NCBI GenBank assembly: GCA_947172645.1
Contig: CAMWBY010000015.1
Span: forward strand, 22,720-86,719
DNA from: an uncultured Lachnospiraceae bacterium
GTDB lineage: Bacteria > Bacillota > Clostridia > Lachnospirales > Lachnospiraceae
DNA length: 64,000 nt
Reading direction: 5' to 3'
A model generated the notes under the pieces. It saw nothing but the letters and a program-made list of their open reading frames with translations. It had not been told where the DNA came from and did not search any database. Below, in pieces: positions 59,601 through 64,000 of this stretch. Every line of letters begins with the position of its first letter. Positions within the stretch are counted from its first letter, which is position 1. The position numbers and the translations under genes were made by a program.

Positions 59601-60608
59601 ATGGCGACTATATATGATGTAGCAAAAAAAGCCGGAGTTTCCAAGACGTTGGTGTCCAGGGTGCTTAACAATCAACCGGGAGTCGGGGTAGAGTCCAGGA
59701 CGAGGATTATGGAAGCGATGCGGGAGCTGCAATATAAACCGAGCACGATTGCCAGGTCCCTTGTATTGCAGAGAACCAACGTGATAGGAATGATATTGGA
59801 TTCCTTGACAGAGCCATATTTCTTTGATGTGATTAAGGGCGTTGAAGATAAGGTAATCGAAAATGGTTTCCGGGTTATTTTCTGCAGCGGGAGAAACGAC
59901 AGGAGAGAGAAAGAGACGTACATAGATTTTTTCAGCAATGGGACGACCGATGGAGCGATTATCTACGGAAGTGATTTGGATGACGCTGACTTAATCCGCA
60001 GGCGGGCACAGATGGATTTCCCTTTTGTGGTAGTCGAGAATGAAGTGGAGGACGCCAATGTGAATAATGTCCTCATTGACAATACTTACGGCTCTAAATT
60101 AATTGTGGACCATCTTGTGGAGAGAGGTTGCAGGCACATTATGCACGTGACAGGCGCCAAGAGCACCAAAGCTGCGTTACGCAGATGGCAGGGTTATCTC
60201 ATATCCATGGAACATCATGGGTTAAAGCAGTATCAGTCAGTGATTGAGTGCGATGAGTTTGGTGTGGAGACCGGATATGACGCGGTTAAGCAATTTTTGG
60301 AAAAGAACGGCGACAAGGCGTTGCCGGACGCTATTTATTTCGGGGCCGACAACACGGCAGTGGGCGGCATGATGGCTTTGGAGGAGAAGGGAATACGGAT
60401 ACCGGAAGATATTAAGATTGCCGGTTTCGATGACGACAAGCGTTGGGATTTGGATAAGAGCGTGAAGAAACTGACAACTATCCGGCAGCCCCTTTATGAA
60501 GTCGGTGCGAAAGCTGTGGAAATCCTGCTTGGACAGATTCACGACCCGGATGCGCCGAGACAGAAAATTATTATGAAACCGGAATTAGTGGTCGGGGAGA
60601 CGACGTAA
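59601..60608 (+). CDS. LacI-family transcriptional regulator
   Basis: 'MATIYDVAKKAGVSKTLVSRVLNN' HTH plus a periplasmic-binding-protein-like sugar domain. The ORF-track start at 59532 lies inside the promoter. Confidence 0.92.
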   Translation: MATIYDVAKKAGVSKTLVSRVLNNQPGVGVESRTRIMEAMRELQYKPSTIARSLVLQRTNVIGMILDSLTEPYFFDVIKGVEDKVIENGFRVIFCSGRNDRREKETYIDFFSNGTTDGAIIYGSDLDDADLIRRRAQMDFPFVVVENEVEDANVNNVLIDNTYGSKLIVDHLVERGCRHIMHVTGAKSTKAALRRWQGYLISMEHHGLKQYQSVIECDEFGVETGYDAVKQFLEKNGDKALPDAIYFGADNTAVGGMMALEEKGIRIPEDIKIAGFDDDKRWDLDKSVKKLTTIRQPLYEVGAKAVEILLGQIHDPDAPRQKIIMKPELVVGETT

Positions 60609-60721
60609 TCCCTACTTTTCTTCGGATAACGGAATTATTTTAGGTATGTGGATTTTTCACATAGTTTTCCGAACAGAGAATACAGAGGAGAATAGCATTG
60701 CGAAAGGCTTTTCTCACAAAA

Positions 60722-60739
60722 ATGTGTAACGATACACAT
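60722..60739. promoter_or_regulatory. LacI-type operator copy 1
   Basis: ATGTGTAACGATACACAT, a palindrome with 8 of 9 positions paired and a central CG. Confidence 0.7.
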
Positions 60740-60841
60740 AGTATATTGAAGAGAAAATGAATGTTGTATAGGTCTGAATATGATAAATCAATCGTTAACA
60801 AGACACCAGGATTTTATTGTGTGTTTTATTTTTTAAAAAGT

Positions 60842-60859
60842 ATGTGTAACGATACACAT
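60842..60859. promoter_or_regulatory. LacI-type operator copy 2 (identical)
   Basis: ATGTGTAACGATACACAT, 120 bp from copy 1 and 22 nt upstream of the GH4 start codon. Confidence 0.7.
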
Positions 60860-60880
60860 TGAAAGGGAGGTAGATACAAT

Positions 60881-62146
60881 ATGGAAGGAATGAAGTTTAC
60901 CATTGTAGGGGCAGGCAGTTCCTATACGCCGGAATTGTTGGATGAGATGTCAATGCGCAAGGAGCAGCTCCCGGTGAAAGAGGTCATGCTCTATGATATC
61001 GATGAAAAGCGTCTGGCTACTATGGAAGGGTTCTGTAAGAGATTTTCCCGGAAAATGGGGCTCGAGGTGGAAATCAAGAGTACGGCTGATTTGGATAAGG
61101 CGCTTTACGGGGCTGATTTCGTGGACACGCAGATTCGCGTGGGAGGGAATAAACAAAGAGTAAAGGATGAGAAAATTCCACTCCAATATGACTTGGTAGG
61201 ACAGGAAACTACAGGGGCAGGCGGAATGATGAAGGCGTTCCGCACGATTCCGGTAATGTTACATGTTGCGGAGAAGATGGAGGAACTGTCGCCGGAGGGG
61301 TGGCTGATTAATTACACCAATCCTACCGGACTTGTGACAGAGGCGGTGACAAGATATACGAAGGCTAACATCGCAGGCTTTTGTTCCGGCGGTATTTTTC
61401 CGAAGATGTGGGCAAAACGGGCGATGGGGATTCCCTATGAGAAAGTACAGTATGATTATGTGGGACTAAACCATATGAACTTTATCAGTAATATCACGAT
61501 TGACGGACGCCCGGTATCAGAAGAGGAATTTGCGAAGATTGCTGCGCAGAATGACGATGTGGATTTGGAGTTAATTAAGCTTCTGGGCGTGATTCCCAGC
61601 CCGTATCTCCAGTGGTATTACCATACCAACGAGAAAGTTGCGAAATTTAAGGCCGCTCCCAAGACAAGAGGAGAGTATGTCCAGGATTTAGAGAAAGAAG
61701 TGTTTGCCGCTTATGCGGACGAGACGAATTGTGAGAAACCTGCGGCATTGGCGAAGAGGGGCGGCGGCGGATACTCGGAAGTTGCCATGGGATTTGTAAA
61801 TGCTGTTTACAATAACATAGACACGAAGATGGTAGTGAATGTGCCTAACCAGGGTGCGGTTTCCTTCTTACCGGATTCGGCCGTGGTGGAAGTAGGATGC
61901 CTGGTCAATAAGACAGGAATGCAGCCGCTGCATGTTGCGAAAGTTCCTGAAATGTGTTGGGGCCTTATCGCGGCGGTGAAAAATTATGAGCAGTTGGCAG
62001 TAGAAGCGGCGGTAGAGGGAGATGTCAGGAAAATGAAGCTTGCGCTTTTGGCGCATCCGTTGGTTCGCCAGTGGGAATATGTGGAAAAATTGGTTCCTGA
62101 ACTTCTGGAGGCGAACAAAGAATACTTACCGCAGTTTTTTAAATAA
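60881..62146 (+). CDS. Glycoside hydrolase family 4 (NAD/Mn-dependent, 6-phospho-glycosidase type)
   Basis: 'MKFTIVGAGSSYTPELL', 'NYTNPTGLVTEAV', 'IAGFCSG', 'GLNHMNF'. Confidence 0.88.
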   Translation: MEGMKFTIVGAGSSYTPELLDEMSMRKEQLPVKEVMLYDIDEKRLATMEGFCKRFSRKMGLEVEIKSTADLDKALYGADFVDTQIRVGGNKQRVKDEKIPLQYDLVGQETTGAGGMMKAFRTIPVMLHVAEKMEELSPEGWLINYTNPTGLVTEAVTRYTKANIAGFCSGGIFPKMWAKRAMGIPYEKVQYDYVGLNHMNFISNITIDGRPVSEEEFAKIAAQNDDVDLELIKLLGVIPSPYLQWYYHTNEKVAKFKAAPKTRGEYVQDLEKEVFAAYADETNCEKPAALAKRGGGGYSEVAMGFVNAVYNNIDTKMVVNVPNQGAVSFLPDSAVVEVGCLVNKTGMQPLHVAKVPEMCWGLIAAVKNYEQLAVEAAVEGDVRKMKLALLAHPLVRQWEYVEKLVPELLEANKEYLPQFFK

Positions 62147-62240
62147 GGAAAAATATGAAAAAATAAGCTGATTACATGTTCGGATGCGTTTGTTTGGACT
62201 GCTGTAGGGTCAAATTTATATATAGGGATGGAAGGTAAAT

Positions 62241-63233
62241 ATGGAATATATTTTAGGAATCGACCAGGGAGGCAGTAAAACCCATGCCGTGCTGTCGGAT
62301 GGGGAGGGAAGAATCCTGGGGATGGGCAAAAGCTATGGGGCGTGTCATTCCAGCAGCAGCTTGGAATATGCCATGGGTGCAATATTGGAAGCTTCCGACC
62401 AGGCGCTTGGCGCATGTGGAGTTACAAGAAAAGATATCGGCGCAGTGGTAGGAGGGTTGACAGGAATAGATTGGGATTATGAAGCCGCATTATTGGAAAA
62501 ATCTTTAAGAGAACCTTTCTCGTCGGCGGATGTCCAGGTAGTGAATGACAGTATTATCGCTATGCGGGCGGCCACGCGAGGAGACAGATGTGGTATCCTA
62601 TGCGCCGGTTCCGGGTTAAATTGCGCGGTGCAGAACATGGAAGAATGCTTTGCGTATGGATTCTATATACCGGATGAGTACCAAGGGGGATGCAGTCTTG
62701 GAAAAAAAGCAGTCCAGTCAGTGTTTGATTCCCATATGGGACTGCTTCCGGAGACCACATTGACGGAGAGGATTCTTGATTATTTTCACGCGGATACAGT
62801 GGATAAACTGCTGTTTATGCGGGTGAAGGGGCGAATTGAAAACAACGATTATCTGAACCTGCCTATCATCATAGAAGAAGAGGCATGCGCCGGTGATTTG
62901 GTGGCGGCGGATATCTGGAAAAATTATGGTAATGTGATTGCCGGTTTCCTGGTGGCGAGGATAAAGAAGATGGGCATCGCCGACCAGGATGTTGACATCG
63001 TTCTTTCGGGGAGCATTTTTAAATGTAAGTTCCAGGAGTTCCAAAGAACGGTAAAAAGAGAAATATTACGTAACGTTCCGAATGCCAATATTATTGAAGC
63101 GCGTTATGAACCGGTTATGGGGGCTGTAACCATGGCGCTGCAGAGAATACACGGAAAATTGGCGGAAGACATTTACGATAATATTGAAGAAACCAGTAAA
63201 CAATTTCCACTTAGGAGACTGGAAAAGAATTAG
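62241..63233 (+). CDS. BadF/BadG/BcrA/BcrD-type ATPase (N-acetylglucosamine-kinase-like sugar kinase)
   Basis: 'ILGIDQGGSKTHAVL', 'GLTGID', 'GSGLNC', 'LSGSIF', an ASKHA-fold kinase pattern. Confidence 0.78.
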   Translation: MEYILGIDQGGSKTHAVLSDGEGRILGMGKSYGACHSSSSLEYAMGAILEASDQALGACGVTRKDIGAVVGGLTGIDWDYEAALLEKSLREPFSSADVQVVNDSIIAMRAATRGDRCGILCAGSGLNCAVQNMEECFAYGFYIPDEYQGGCSLGKKAVQSVFDSHMGLLPETTLTERILDYFHADTVDKLLFMRVKGRIENNDYLNLPIIIEEEACAGDLVAADIWKNYGNVIAGFLVARIKKMGIADQDVDIVLSGSIFKCKFQEFQRTVKREILRNVPNANIIEARYEPVMGAVTMALQRIHGKLAEDIYDNIEETSKQFPLRRLEKN

Positions 63234-63253
63234 AAAAGGGAAGGAGAAAGATT

Positions 63254-64000
63254 ATGAAATTGAAGAAATTAGTAAGCCTTATGTTAGTGGGGGTAATGGT
63301 GGCGTCCATGGCGGGCTGTGGGGCTGCAGGCAATGGGACAAGCGCAGAGAATGCGGACAATTCAGGGGATTCCGGTGAGCAGGAAGCGCCGGTGGCAGAT
63401 TCATCCGAGGACGTGGAGGTTCCGGTGCAGGCGGCGGATTCCGATGAGGAAATCAATCTGACTTTCTGGCATATCTGGCCGGATGCAGAGATGGGCGCCA
63501 TTGTTGAAACGTATGTGGAAATGTTTGAGGAAGAACATCCCAATGTGACGGTTGAATCCGTGGCTACACAGGAAGTTGAATACCAGAATAATAAATTGAA
63601 GGTTGCGGCGGCTACCGGCGCACAGGGGGATGTGTTTATGTGTTGGGGCGGCGGTTATGCCAAGGCATATGTGGATGCAGGCGTGGTTCTGCCTTTGGAC
63701 GACTTGATGGATAAATATGGAACCAAGGATGAACTTCTTGACGGTACGCTCACATATGGAACTTATGACGGAAAAACTTATGGACTGCCTTTAAAGCAGT
63801 GGGCGGGCGCGCTGTTCTGTAATGAAGAATTGTTTGAAGAGCATAATGTGAAGATTCCCGAGACTTTTGACGAACTGCTTGAGGCAGTGAAGACATTCCG
63901 GGCGGCAGGCGTAACGCCTATGGTTCTTGGGGCAAAAGAAGGTTGGCACATCGGAATGATTCAGAACGCCCTCGCCGTGCGCACGGAAGGTGCGGAATAT
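63254..64000 (+). CDS. Sugar ABC transporter substrate-binding lipoprotein, 5' part (runs off the right edge; not in the ORF track)
   Basis: My own translation: the ATG at 63254 follows AAGGAGAAAG. 'MKLKKLVSLMLVGVMVASMAGCGAAG' lipobox, an acidic linker, then 'INLTFWHIWPD...' SBP_bac_1-like sequence. The frame is open through 64000. Confidence 0.85.
   Translation, partial: MKLKKLVSLMLVGVMVASMAGCGAAGNGTSAENADNSGDSGEQEAPVADSSEDVEVPVQAADSDEEINLTFWHIWPDAEMGAIVETYVEMFEEEHPNVTVESVATQEVEYQNNKLKVAAATGAQGDVFMCWGGGYAKAYVDAGVVLPLDDLMDKYGTKDELLDGTLTYGTYDGKTYGLPLKQWAGALFCNEELFEEHNVKIPETFDELLEAVKTFRAAGVTPMVLGAKEGWHIGMIQNALAVRTEGAEY

Overview
This window covers the chromosomal replication origin of a low-GC Gram-positive anaerobe. 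The gene content resembles a gut Clostridia/Lachnospiraceae genome, but the taxon is inference only. All family calls come from reading motifs in the supplied translations; no database search was possible.

Left arm (minus strand): a DegS-like kinase and a B12/radical-SAM gene, then rsmG-mnmG-mnmE-jag-yidC-yidD-rnpA-rpmH; a plus-strand alpha/beta hydrolase gene sits between the kinase and the radical-SAM gene. A bipartite oriC with DnaA-box clusters flanks dnaA (12069..13427). It is followed on the plus strand by dnaN, an S4-like yaaA, recF, gyrB, gyrA and a translationally coupled metallophosphoesterase.

From about 21.9 kb the content is accessory-type:
- an XRE-type HTH/membrane regulator, a flavin-reductase/rubredoxin fusion and two MATE pumps
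- a DUF2975/YozG-type HTH/large membrane protein operon
- an aldo-keto reductase with an Fe-S tail, and a domain-permuted GH3
- an HTH-PurM fusion and MgtC
- an MBOAT/DltD-like/xth/CotH operon
- an AraC-controlled raffinose-type ABC plus GH36 locus, and udp
- a HEPN/nucleotidyltransferase toxin-antitoxin pair on an AT-rich islet
- a DegV gene and a LacI/GH4/BadF-kinase/ABC sugar locus with three copies of an 18-bp operator

The most interesting stretch is a seven-gene cluster at 49.9-58.6 kb. It encodes an aldolase-fold protein, a tandem nucleotidyltransferase, a GT-C membrane domain fused to a phosphoribulokinase-like domain, a HAD hydrolase, a Dpm1-like GT2, a GDPD-like protein and a second GT-C. 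It looks like an uncharacterised envelope glycopolymer precursor and transfer system.

No rRNA, tRNA, CRISPR array, transposase or integrase was seen.
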